NCBI GenBank assembly: GCA_008369845.1
Contig: MRSU01010729.1
Span: 1-64,000 of the forward strand
Reading direction: 5' to 3'
DNA: 64,000 bases
From: Trichomonas gallinae
Lineage: Eukaryota
The notes under the pieces were generated by a model. It saw only the letters and a program-made list of their open reading frames with translations, was not told the DNA's origin and searched no databases. Made by a program: the position numbers and the translations under genes. Of the stretch, positions 33,276 through 43,719 are shown piece after piece. The first letter of the stretch is position 1. Each line of letters opens with the position of its first letter.

Positions 33276-34460
33276 TGTTTAAAATATTATTTTGTGAACA
33301 AAAGAAAAATTCGATTTTTGATAAAATACTCTATTTAATGAATAGAACAATCCCATGTAAAATAATGACAGAAAAAGTCGCCCTCAAATTTTTCTGATCC
33401 AAGTTTTGATGCTTAGCATACTAAATATAAATAAAATTTTAAAGTTTGATAAAAATAAATTCTGACCTTAAGAAATTTTTTAATGATATAAAATTAATAA
33501 GTTGAAAGTGTTAGCTACATAAATCGATAAAACTTTTCTGAGACGTAAATCAATTGAAGAGGAGTGGTCAGAAAAAATTAAGTTTAAACATTGCTGAATA
33601 GTAAAATAGTTGTATATTTTAAAGTAAAGAAAATGAAGCTTATAAAATTGCCAAAAAGTGACATGATTATTAACAATTTGTAAACGTTTTTGAATCAGCT
33701 CCACGAAATCAATATCTATGTAATAACAGATATTTGATCATTTTTCGTTCATTTTGAATTTCAATTTGCGAAGAAAAAAAGCTGAAAAATAGCATCCCAC
33801 TTTTAATTAGATCCTAATTTTTGAAGATTGAAGAATGAAATGCTTGGAATTTAATTTTCATCAAATAAAAAATTCGAAAGCTTGATACAAGCACATTTCA
33901 ACCGTTTGGTTATTCTCTTTCAAAATCTAATATTTCATAGTTTATTTTTCAGTTATTTTTTTTCAAATAAAAAACTTGAAACTCCGGTTTTTGCTTGCTC
34001 TCATTTGTTTTCCATCATGACAGCATTCTCAACTTAATCCTTTTTCTCATTTTCTCATTCAAACGCCATACATAAAGATTTTCTCCATCCAGTTCATAGA
34101 GTGAGTTTTTAAGTTGTTACAGAGTCTTATTCTTCGATATTACGCCTTAATTCGCGAGTCGATTTACGATGAATATTTTCTAACTGAAGAAAATTTTCAG
34201 TTTTGAATACTCGAAAATTTTTCGTTTCAACGTTAGAGTATTTTTGTTATATGCATGGTGATTAGTAAATGTATCATAAAGATAGAAATTCAAAATTGCG
34301 AAGATTTAACCTAAGGAATATTATTTTCAAATGTGTCTCTTAAAGGGCAAAATTTATAACCGCTTGTATTCAAAATAAATGGATTATCACTCTCAAAACT
34401 TGTGGTCGATCGGCAAAAATTGTGGGAAATTTTCGGTTGAGTTTGACGTTTGAATGCCCT

Positions 34461-35576
34461 ATGGAAGATCAAGAAGCAATGATGAGGCCTGACTCGTATC
34501 TAACGTCTAGATCGGTCCTGTTGGACGGGTTGGAGATGGGAGCAGACCCCAGGGAGCTTTTGGCTAACCTCTTGCAAAAGGATGCCAGCGAAATTACTGA
34601 TTCTGAAGATATTATTTGGAAGAAAATATATGACCTGACTTATAACAACGGAAGAATATATGGACAATCACAGGTCCCAGCTATAAAGGGCTTCGGCTCG
34701 GTTCTTTCGTTAATAGAGAAGTCTTGGAAAATTGTAGTTATCTTGGGAGCTGGTGGTAGTGTTGGCCCTGATTTTCGTTCACCCGGCGGCCTGTATGATT
34801 CAATTGCCAAAGCTGGAGTTTTTGACGATCCATGTCAAGTTTTCGATTTAGAGTATTTTTCGAAAGATCCAACGATTTTCTGGCGCTATGCACACACCAT
34901 TTTCCCAGATCGTAATCCCAAGCATTCTGCAGCTCATTATTTCATCCGAGAATTAGAAAATCGCGGTAAGCTTTTGCGCCTTTACACACAGAATGTTGAC
35001 GCCCTCGATGTTGGAATCCCTCCAAATCATCTCCGCACTGTTCACGGATCATGGAGAGAGTCTCACTGCATGAAATGCGGTGCTCTCCACCAAATTGAAG
35101 ATTTAAGGGATTCCGTTGAGAAGGGTGAAGTACCTACTTGCCATTTCTGCGGTGGCCCGATTAAGCCAGGTATTGTCTTTTTCGGCCAACCAGTTAACTT
35201 GAATGATTATGAGTTGGAATTGGATGCCCGCGAAGCCGATCTCCTCATAGTCATTGGTACATCTTTGAGGGTCGCGCCTGTTTCTGAAATACCTAAATTG
35301 ATGAAACACGTACCTTCGATTCTTATTAATAGAGCTACTGTTAAGTGCGACTTCTCTGCAGAGCTACTTGGCGAGTGCGACGATGTTGTGAGAACCATAG
35401 AGTACGAGCTCGGGTGGGAAGCTGATGAAGGTGTCAATCCGGATGAGATTCAAAAATTCGGCTCGAACAAATTTATCTTCCCATCTCAATCAGAGCTTGC
35501 CACCAGGATCGTATCAACGTCGCGTAACGATTTTCTCGTCACCTCAGCCCCTGTCGACGTAGACGACCTTAATTAG
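34461..35576 (+). CDS. SIR2: Sir2-family NAD-dependent deacetylase (class I-like)
   Basis: GAG..PDFRSPGGLY, YTQNVD, HGS, CMKC/CHFC zinc site, KPGIVFFG, GTSLRVAP, ILINR; first ATG 34461. Confidence 0.93.
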   Translation: MEDQEAMMRPDSYLTSRSVLLDGLEMGADPRELLANLLQKDASEITDSEDIIWKKIYDLTYNNGRIYGQSQVPAIKGFGSVLSLIEKSWKIVVILGAGGSVGPDFRSPGGLYDSIAKAGVFDDPCQVFDLEYFSKDPTIFWRYAHTIFPDRNPKHSAAHYFIRELENRGKLLRLYTQNVDALDVGIPPNHLRTVHGSWRESHCMKCGALHQIEDLRDSVEKGEVPTCHFCGGPIKPGIVFFGQPVNLNDYELELDAREADLLIVIGTSLRVAPVSEIPKLMKHVPSILINRATVKCDFSAELLGECDDVVRTIEYELGWEADEGVNPDEIQKFGSNKFIFPSQSELATRIVSTSRNDFLVTSAPVDVDDLN

Positions 35577-36064
35577 GCATAATAATTTGTTTGTAAATAA
35601 ATCTGTCATGTTTCAAAAGCTTTCAATTTTTTGTGAGATGACGATTATCCTGAGCTGCTTTTATTTTTTTTTCGCATCTATTTTGTTCTTTCAATGATTT
35701 CGCTCTATTTTGTTTTTTTATTGAGAAAAACATTTCAAGAAAACATTTCATACACAGCATGCCCATTGTCTATGCATTCCATTTTTTACATTTTCGTTCT
35801 GATATCTTTATTTTTTTAGATAAAGAAATTATATTATTATGATCAAACGAACTTTTATATCGTCAGATATTATATTTATATCATACATCTATTGTTAAAA
35901 TAGATGGAATGTTAGGATATGGTGATTCTCAAGATATTCGAAGGGATTTTGGATTTTTAACAAAATATTTAGTTTAATGGGGTATAGTGTATTTCAATGA
36001 GAATTATTATGGGAAATGAAAATTTTGCCACGTAAATTATGTATATTTCATTTTTGACATGTAA

Positions 36065-38407
36065 AGTTTCAATAATTTTTCCCAGGTTTTGATTTCTCTT
36101 CCTCTCTCGATTCTTAATGTCATTGAGTTAAAACTCATACGGCATATCAATAAATCGAGGTTAGACGAGGATCAGATCATAGTTGAAAAAGAATTGCAGA
36201 AGAATTCAAAGAAATTCGCTTTTGATGATGAAATTTCGAAAGAAAGTCTGCAATCATCAATATGTAAACAGTTTCCATTTATCGAAGACATACAAATACA
36301 CCAAAATCGGTTAACAAATAACAACGATGAAGATCCAATAACATTGATTATAGATAATATTTCATCAAATACAAACATACTCGATTTACTATCAGACACT
36401 ATGTATAGATATGCAGGAATTTTTGTTGAAATACAAAATTATAATATTATATTTTGCGTTATTTTTGCTAAAATCAATAAACGTACTCTCGACCAAGTAT
36501 GCAACAATGTGCTCAACGAAATAGCAAACGATACAGAGGCCAATTTCGAAACCATTGTACAAGTTTGCAATGATATCAGATTTGAGCTTAGAATTAAATC
36601 GATTGGAATACAGCAAGACACTCAGAAGTTTTTAGAAGACTTCGTACAAGACTATAATCAAGATAAAAATGCTTTAACAAAGATAAAATCTTTTTCAAGA
36701 CAATATAACGGAAATTTCGTAATGATTCAACATATAAACCTACAGAGCATCAAAGCAGCTTTTGAAACATTACTTCAAAACAGTTATTTTATAAATTTAT
36801 TATTATCAAATGCGCGAGATGCAGGATTATCACTACAGCCTCTATCAAATATGTATATGATTACTTCAAACTATCAAACTCTAAACAGATCTATAGACAC
36901 AAGCGATAAAATTAATATCTCCGGTGAAATTGTTGACAGTCCAACAAGGAAGCCTAAAAAGTCGCGAATTCCTATTTCTCCGCCAAAAGGAGGCTCACCA
37001 AGAGATAAAAAGCGAAAAATCCTCGTTAAACCTCCAGATGATTCTTCCTCTTCTTCATCTTCTTCTTCTAGAAAGAAACAGATACAATCAGCACAAGAGC
37101 AGATCGAAAATGAGTCACAAATCACACCGCCTGTGATCGCAGAATCACCAGCTTTCATTAAACCGAGTGTTTTTCAAGATACAGAGATGGCAAAGCTGAT
37201 TCAGCAGCAAAAACAGCTTCAAAACGAAATATTGGTTAATAATAACTGCCCATTTGATGATGTTTCCGATGATGATTTAGTTGTCCCATCAGATTCTAAA
37301 CAAGCTCTTGAGCAAAGGAAGCTTTGCGAAAGGATTGGAATACAGACTACATACGATATCCCTCCATTCCTAGTTGAAGGCGATAATGATGATTTAGACG
37401 ATCTTGTTATTCCATCTGAAGCAATTGAGTTCCTAAAGCAAAAAGGATTAACAGTTAATGATGTGAGAAACAGTTCCAACGCTCCTTTGCCTGCAGAAGA
37501 GACGTCTGATGAATTTGCTTTTCCATTATCAGATTCTTCTTCACTAGAAACAGCTTCACCCCTCAAAATAGAGTCCCCTGTTATCAAAAGTGACAGTCCA
37601 CATCCGTTTATTACAAAAGACCTTGACAGTTCATCGAGCGAAATCTCAGATGTCGATGTAGTTGAAAATGCTGAAAATTTCGCGGTCAGCAAGGATACAC
37701 CCACCAGGAAGAAGAAGAGCGTCTTCGCATCTCAAGAAAATTTCAACTACAGCGATCAATCATTTCTTCCTTTCACTAATTCCGTGTCTATATCGAAAAA
37801 CAAGCCGTTTTCTCCTCAGATAAAAGTTCCAAAGCTTAACTTGGAATACACAGTTGAGTCTTCAGACGACAGCGAGACGAATGAAATCGCAGATATTCAA
37901 GATGACCCGCTAAATCTTATAGTTAACGACGACAAGACAGACACAAACGCTAAGATGCTGCTGGACATTCGCCTGCACGACGCTAGAGGCACAGTAGACA
38001 TGATCACGAAAAACTGGAGCGAAAGGATAGAATCGGAGAAGGAAGAAGGCAAGCTTAGATTACAGCAACTGGAGGCCCACTACCAGCTGCAGCTTCGCCA
38101 CAAGAAAGTTAAGAGCGCGGACGGTGCGACTATATATAGGCCGACAGTGATGACTGCTCCTGGCGGGAAGAGAAACGATTTCGAGAAACAGTACAAGAAA
38201 GACAAAAAACTTTTGATAAACACAAACAAGCAGAGGGTGTCGGACCTCACCGAACAGATGAAGAGGGAGCTGGAGAGGCCGAACACTAAGATAAAAGAGA
38301 TAGAAAACGAATATAGAAGACTTGGATTCGCGATTCCGTCTCCACCTGTTGACAAACACTCCACCAGGCCAAGAAGGAACACAAGCAGGATGGCGCCAAG
38401 AAAATAG
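36065..38407 (+). CDS. Hypothetical protein (globular N-terminus, Ser/Asp-rich disordered middle, coiled-coil end); start uncertain
   Basis: Frame open 36065-38407; first in-frame ATG only at 36401. Confidence 0.75.
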   Translation, partial: SFNNFSQVLISLPLSILNVIELKLIRHINKSRLDEDQIIVEKELQKNSKKFAFDDEISKESLQSSICKQFPFIEDIQIHQNRLTNNNDEDPITLIIDNISSNTNILDLLSDTMYRYAGIFVEIQNYNIIFCVIFAKINKRTLDQVCNNVLNEIANDTEANFETIVQVCNDIRFELRIKSIGIQQDTQKFLEDFVQDYNQDKNALTKIKSFSRQYNGNFVMIQHINLQSIKAAFETLLQNSYFINLLLSNARDAGLSLQPLSNMYMITSNYQTLNRSIDTSDKINISGEIVDSPTRKPKKSRIPISPPKGGSPRDKKRKILVKPPDDSSSSSSSSSRKKQIQSAQEQIENESQITPPVIAESPAFIKPSVFQDTEMAKLIQQQKQLQNEILVNNNCPFDDVSDDDLVVPSDSKQALEQRKLCERIGIQTTYDIPPFLVEGDNDDLDDLVIPSEAIEFLKQKGLTVNDVRNSSNAPLPAEETSDEFAFPLSDSSSLETASPLKIESPVIKSDSPHPFITKDLDSSSSEISDVDVVENAENFAVSKDTPTRKKKSVFASQENFNYSDQSFLPFTNSVSISKNKPFSPQIKVPKLNLEYTVESSDDSETNEIADIQDDPLNLIVNDDKTDTNAKMLLDIRLHDARGTVDMITKNWSERIESEKEEGKLRLQQLEAHYQLQLRHKKVKSADGATIYRPTVMTAPGGKRNDFEKQYKKDKKLLINTNKQRVSDLTEQMKRELERPNTKIKEIENEYRRLGFAIPSPPVDKHSTRPRRNTSRMAPRK

Positions 38408-38596
38408 TTGTATATTATTTCATATTTTTTTTGTTTGTTTTATAATTTAAAATTTAGATTTAACATTTTTAAGACGTAATTTAGTCGAAACACTTCTTTC
38501 ATATATAAATATGATGATTTTAATGCCAATATATTATAAAACAATGATTTATTGTTAAATTTCAATTAATATTTTGAAAAACATTGTATATCTACG

Positions 38597-39592
38597 TTAT
38601 ACATAACAGCTAGCAAAGCAAGAAAAGTTAAATGGATCAAATATTATGAATTTATCATATGTTTTAATTTTTCTGGCAATGAATTTGAGTGGGAATTCTG
38701 CTGGACATTCTTTTGTGGAAAAATGAGAGAGATTGAGCATATATTCATTATTAATTCTATTTTCTATCTGAGGATTGCCATAATTTGGCTGTGAATCTCC
38801 AATGAAACAATTCTTAATGAGAAGATTTCCAGTTTTTTTATAGAAACTATATTTATTTCCTGTATTTTCAGTGAAGCTGCAATTGGTAATAACAGTGTTA
38901 GTTTCTGTTGTGTAAATCAAAGCAGAATCTTTAAAATCTGAACCAAGAGTGTTTAAAAAGTTACAAAAACTCATATCTAAAGTAGCTGATGATGAACCGC
39001 CGATATATGCAGAAGTAAAAGCAGCTCCTCCATTGTTACAACACTGAGAATTATTTGAGAAAGAAGAGTATGATAAAGCTTATTGTGACCAAATTTCTAT
39101 AAAACCAAATAGACAGCGTCCAAAGACTTCAGAATATGATTGATTAATGTTAGAAACATTAACACTGCTGATTAAATAAATATTTTCCTGACCTTGCTTT
39201 GTGTTATTGCCTGAAAAAGAACTAGAAGAACCAAAAAGCATGGTTTTGGATTGTATGGATGCAATATAACAAAAAATACCATTTGATGATGTTTGTGATC
39301 TGTAACTACAAACTCTTTGCTGTGAAAAGTTACCTGGAGATTTGAAATATATAGATCCACCATGACCGTTACTTGAACATCCAGAAAACGTTGTATCTTC
39401 AGCTAGAACTTTTTTTTCTGGTGTAGATGAACTGAAATATATCGATGAGTTCGTTAATCTGTTAAATAAGCATTGAACTACATAATATTTTTTTGCTTCT
39501 TGCTCAACTAGTTGTTTTGATCCATCTTCAATAGTAACTTCAGGACTATCATTAGGGTAAAAGTCAGTCCATGCTGCAAATAAAAGACTCAG
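38597..39592 (-). pseudogene. Disrupted gene for a Ser/Asn/Cys-rich beta-helix-like (GGSIY) protein
   Basis: One frame reads LSLLFAAWTDFYP..YYVVQCLFNRL..FSGCSSNGHGGSIYF..IWSQ*ALSYSSFSNN..MSFCNF..; no ATG at the 5' end and in-frame TAA at 39080-39082. Confidence 0.75.
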
Positions 39593-39818
39593 ACGTTATT
39601 TTCGAGATTAAAAACGCGATTTTACTTTAAACTTTATGGAATCTTAAAAGTTTTATGAAAATCAAATTAATAACGCAATAAACATGCAAATTTTGCGATT
39701 TTCAGAAAATTTTTGACATATAAATAATTTTACATGACAAAATACGATTTTACACGGGCCGTTGCAAAGTTATCGTCAGAAGTGAGATGATTATCATACA
39801 AAATTTTAAAACACAAAA

Positions 39819-40631
39819 ATGACTGCAATGAATCTTCACGTGCACTGCATTGAGTGCATGAAGCTGCCAAAAATGGACAGACACGGATCAATCGACCCAT
39901 ATGTTGTTTTCCAAATTGCCAGACAGTCTCAGCAAACAAAATGTATGATTCAAAACAAATATCCGAGGTTTGATCAGTATTTCTGCTTCCAAGTTCCATC
40001 TCCACATGAGAAGCTGATTGTTCTCCTCTACGATGCAGATCCAGGAAGGAGTGAGATCGTATCAAGAACTGAGATTCCAATGATGAGCCTTCAGTTCGGC
40101 ATCGTTCTTGACATGTGGTTCGATCTCCGTCCATTCTCCCATGTAAAGAAGGGTGGAAAGATCCATCTTAGGCTTCATCTCTGCACACCACGCGATCAAC
40201 CATGGGTTAACAATCCAGCTGGCGCCCCAAGACCTGCTATGCCAGCAGGCGCCTATGCACCACAAGGATACCCACCACAGCAAGGTTATCCACCACAAGG
40301 ATATCCACCACAGCAAGGTTATCCACCGCAGCAAGGCTATCCACCGCAACAGGGCTACCCACCACAACCAGGATCCAACGGTGGCTACCCAACTCAACAT
40401 GGATATCCAACACCACCAGGATCAAACGCCGGATATCCACCACAGCAAGGCTATCCAACACCACCAGGCTCCAACGGAGGCTATCCACCACAAGGCGGTT
40501 ATCCTCCTCAACAACCAGGTTATGCTCCACAACCAGGAGGATATCCACCATCAGGAGGTTATCCACCACAAGGTGGCTACCCACCACAGTATTCTGGTCA
40601 GCCACCAGCACCATCTCCATATTCATCCTAA
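39819..40631 (+). CDS. C2-domain protein with XYPPX (GYPPQ) repeat tail
   Basis: [39 protein letters not shown], then many GYPPQ(Q) units. Confidence 0.92.
   Translation: MTAMNLHVHCIECMKLPKMDRHGSIDPYVVFQIARQSQQTKCMIQNKYPRFDQYFCFQVPSPHEKLIVLLYDADPGRSEIVSRTEIPMMSLQFGIVLDMWFDLRPFSHVKKGGKIHLRLHLCTPRDQPWVNNPAGAPRPAMPAGAYAPQGYPPQQGYPPQGYPPQQGYPPQQGYPPQQGYPPQPGSNGGYPTQHGYPTPPGSNAGYPPQQGYPTPPGSNGGYPPQGGYPPQQPGYAPQPGGYPPSGGYPPQGGYPPQYSGQPPAPSPYSS
40251..40590 (+). repeat. Coding GYPPQ(Q) repeat array (15/18-nt units)
   Basis: Repeated GGNTAYCCACCRCAR. Confidence 0.85.
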
Positions 40632-40976
40632 AAATAGTGTCGGTTTTATTTATCAACTATATATTTAATCCTTTTATTTTTTACTATACACAAAAATTCT
40701 ATAATCAAAAACTAATTCTAAAAGAAATTGAATATCGAATCCAAAAATAACATCAAATTCCTTAGATACTTCTGCTTTTATATAATCTCATTGAATGAAC
40801 CTTTATACTTAGAATAAAATTTGTTTTTTTTTTGATTATTTTTCTCAAAATTCAATTTTTTATGTGGAAATTTTTGTCAATTATAACATGATGCAGTCAA
40901 GTTCAGATTACATTTTTTATTGCAATTTTGAAAATCCTATATAAAATATATATATTTAAAATAAGAACAGAGTTTT

Positions 40977-42260
40977 TTAAACCATTCCTGTGATTTTCAT
41001 TGATGGCTTGTACTGTGGGACTTTAATTCCGAGCTCAGCTGGGACAGAATCTTGCAATTTCTTGAGAGATTGATTGAATTGCTGTGTTGTCATCTCGAGA
41101 TTCTGGTTTTCTTCGTAGATATCCATTTGTGCTTCAATCTTGTCTCTTATCTTTCTGTCCAAGGCCTGCTTCTGCTGCATTGTCCTGTAGTACACTCTCT
41201 CATTTCTTGCCTGCTCTGCGTTGAACTTATCCTCATCGAAATCTGGAATCCTTGATGGGAATGGCCTCTTTGTCTTGATAGCTGTCTTAGCCTGTCTCTC
41301 TTTCGCGAGCATCTTCCATTCTTTTTCGCGCTGTTTAGCGTCATTCTTCTTCTTTTCTTCTCTAGCCTGTCTATCGCGTTCTTCGTTGAGTGTTGCCTGA
41401 GAAATGGCTTTCTCCTGGAAATCGTTGACCTTTTTCTCCTGCTGGGCCAAAGCCTTTGCCTGCAGCTCTACGACAATTTCACGGCGCTTTGTCTTCTCGA
41501 GGCGAATTTCTTCCTCACGTTTCGCTCTGGCTTCGCGTGTCTGAGATAAAGATTCAGCTTGGCGTGCAATCTCCTTTTCTTCCTCTTTCTCGCGTAAATG
41601 GCGTGTGGCCTTCATCTGCTGGAGCATGTGGTTGCGTTTAACGAACTCATCGCGATATTCTTGTTTGATCTTATTCTCTTTTTCTTCCTTTTGGCGATCA
41701 AGCTCACGCTGTCTTGCTTCCTCTTCGCGCATCTTCTCGACTTCGAGGCGCTCTTCCTCCTGGAGGCGCTGTAACTGACGCTTGTGCGCGCGAATCTGCT
41801 GCTCGTAGTTTGCGCGAAGATTGGCTTTGTCATCCTTATGCTTTTCTTCTTCGCGCTTTATGGCCTCTTTTGCGAGCTTAACAACGTGGGATTCGTTCTC
41901 CTTTTCCATTGCTTTCAATTCGCGCTCGTATTCCTTCATTTGCGTTTTGTAGTCCATTTGTTTCTTGCGGACAGCGATTGTCGTGTCATAGATGTATCTT
42001 CTGCGGTGACTTTTCATTTTAGGCATTGGGACATCAATGACTGGCTCTGGAGGTTGTGGAACGTAATCAGTAGGTGGTTTAGTCGTGTTGAGTGTCGAAT
42101 TCAGCGGAAAATCCACCGAAACGTATCTATCTTTTGTTGATTGTGTTGGAGGGTGAGGAAGAAACTCGTAGCCTTCTTCGGGGAAAAGATCCTCGTTTCC
42201 AATGATGTCGACGTTGGTAAATCCGGAAGAATAAGGGTTGAACTGCTTCGTCTTCCTCAT
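40977..42260 (-). CDS. Hypothetical E/R/K/Q-rich coiled-coil (trichohyalin/trichoplein-like) protein
   Basis: 427-aa ATG ORF with long charged helices. Confidence 0.8.
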   Translation of the reverse strand: MRKTKQFNPYSSGFTNVDIIGNEDLFPEEGYEFLPHPPTQSTKDRYVSVDFPLNSTLNTTKPPTDYVPQPPEPVIDVPMPKMKSHRRRYIYDTTIAVRKKQMDYKTQMKEYERELKAMEKENESHVVKLAKEAIKREEEKHKDDKANLRANYEQQIRAHKRQLQRLQEEERLEVEKMREEEARQRELDRQKEEKENKIKQEYRDEFVKRNHMLQQMKATRHLREKEEEKEIARQAESLSQTREARAKREEEIRLEKTKRREIVVELQAKALAQQEKKVNDFQEKAISQATLNEERDRQAREEKKKNDAKQREKEWKMLAKERQAKTAIKTKRPFPSRIPDFDEDKFNAEQARNERVYYRTMQQKQALDRKIRDKIEAQMDIYEENQNLEMTTQQFNQSLKKLQDSVPAELGIKVPQYKPSMKITGMV

Positions 42261-42545
42261 TTTTTGTTAGCACGTTTTTTGTACGTTAATTGTTTTTGCC
42301 GCGAAACTTATTTTCTCATATATAGGGAGTTCATCACATATAATAAATATCTGTCGCTTTAAATTCTTCCATTTCCTTGGATTTGATATTAACGGATTTT
42401 TATAGAAACGAAATGTGTCACTTTTATTCAATTATGTCAAATAAACAAAATTACATGTCAAAAACTATAGTTATAAATCACACGATTATTTTCAATTCAA
42501 ATTTCAATTGCAATTTAAAGTGAAAATGATCATAAGCTTCATATT

Positions 42546-42603
42546 TATAGATTTCGCTAATTTTTATGGCGCTTACGCGCCCGTAAAACCTACGAAATCT
42601 ATA
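42546..42603. repeat. Intergenic inverted repeat / hairpin
   Basis: TATAGATTTCG (42546-42556) and its exact reverse complement CGAAATCTATA (42593-42603) flank TTTTATGGCGC-TTAC-GCGCCCGTAAAA. Confidence 0.75.
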
Positions 42604-43719
42604 TAATTGGAATAAATATCTGCTCTGCATTGAATTTAATGAAGCTCAGTAATTATGTCCAGGGGTGATCAGTTTTTCACTCAGCGACTACCGCACTATT
42701 AGTAAAAAACAACTATTTCGTGTATATCCGTTTTTATTTATAGTTTGTCGCTCGACTTAAGCTTTTGATAACATTTTAGACTTTTTACCAACTAGTCATT
42801 GCACTACTAAGTGATATTTGTTTATTTTGTTCCTGAATGATTTATAATCTTATGTATACAGATCGCGTTCATTTGATGCAGCATTGAGTAATGGTGTTTG
42901 CTTAATTTTACAATTGGGTTACATGTCATAATTTATCAGACTTCCTTTTCTTAATGAGATAATACAACTTTGGCTTTGAATTATTACTAAGCATACATAG
43001 GTGCGTTATATTTCAAAATATTCCAAATTAAATAATTTTTCTCAATCATTTCGATTTCATGTTTCACATTAATCCAATTATTTACTCATGGATGGAAAGC
43101 ATATTCTATAGGTAAAGTTCGAAAATATTTGCCCTTTAAATATTCTAACTCATGATTAGCACTAGAATCAATTTTATCAATAAAATCAAGCTACTTATAT
43201 CATGGATTTTCAACCCAAGAGCAAGGGAACATAATAGGAATACTTTCTAATTTCATATATTATTTTTTGACAGGAAACCATTGATATTTTGCCGTAAGGT
43301 CGAATACAATCATATGAACGGGATGATCTACCTTGGGAATCAACTTTCAATTTTTTACATCGACTTTTCAGTAAATTTCATATTTAGTTATTGAATGATT
43401 ACTTTAATTTACCAAAAGTTTTAAGTGGCGAATATTCACATTCAATATATTGAAAGTCATTGGATTTCATTTTTCAATTTTCATAAGGACTCTCAAATCT
43501 TGGAGACTTTTTACTCAATCATTTTAACACTTCACACGATGTGAATAAATGTTAAACCGATATTTCCTTTTGAATATTATTTTCAGAATATTCATTCAAT
43601 TTCTTTAAAATTTAAGTTATCAAAATGATAGTTATTCGCTGTGAGAAATGATTATTTTGAGCACAAAAATCAATACAAAAGTAATTTTCACTAATCTAAG
43701 AAAAAATTCAGTTTATAAA

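Noticed and set aside
33960..34170. Coding-like minus-strand stretch (YELDGENLYVWRLNEKMRKR..)
   Set aside because: Short, interrupted by stops, and no family recognised
36061..36085. 25-nt GT..AG segment resembling a short trichomonad intron
   Set aside because: No CTAAC branch motif, and removal gives ATG-TTT-TGA, which does not rescue the ORF
40062..40668. Alternative-frame ORFs over the GYPPQ repeat
   Set aside because: Shadow ORFs of low-complexity coding repeats
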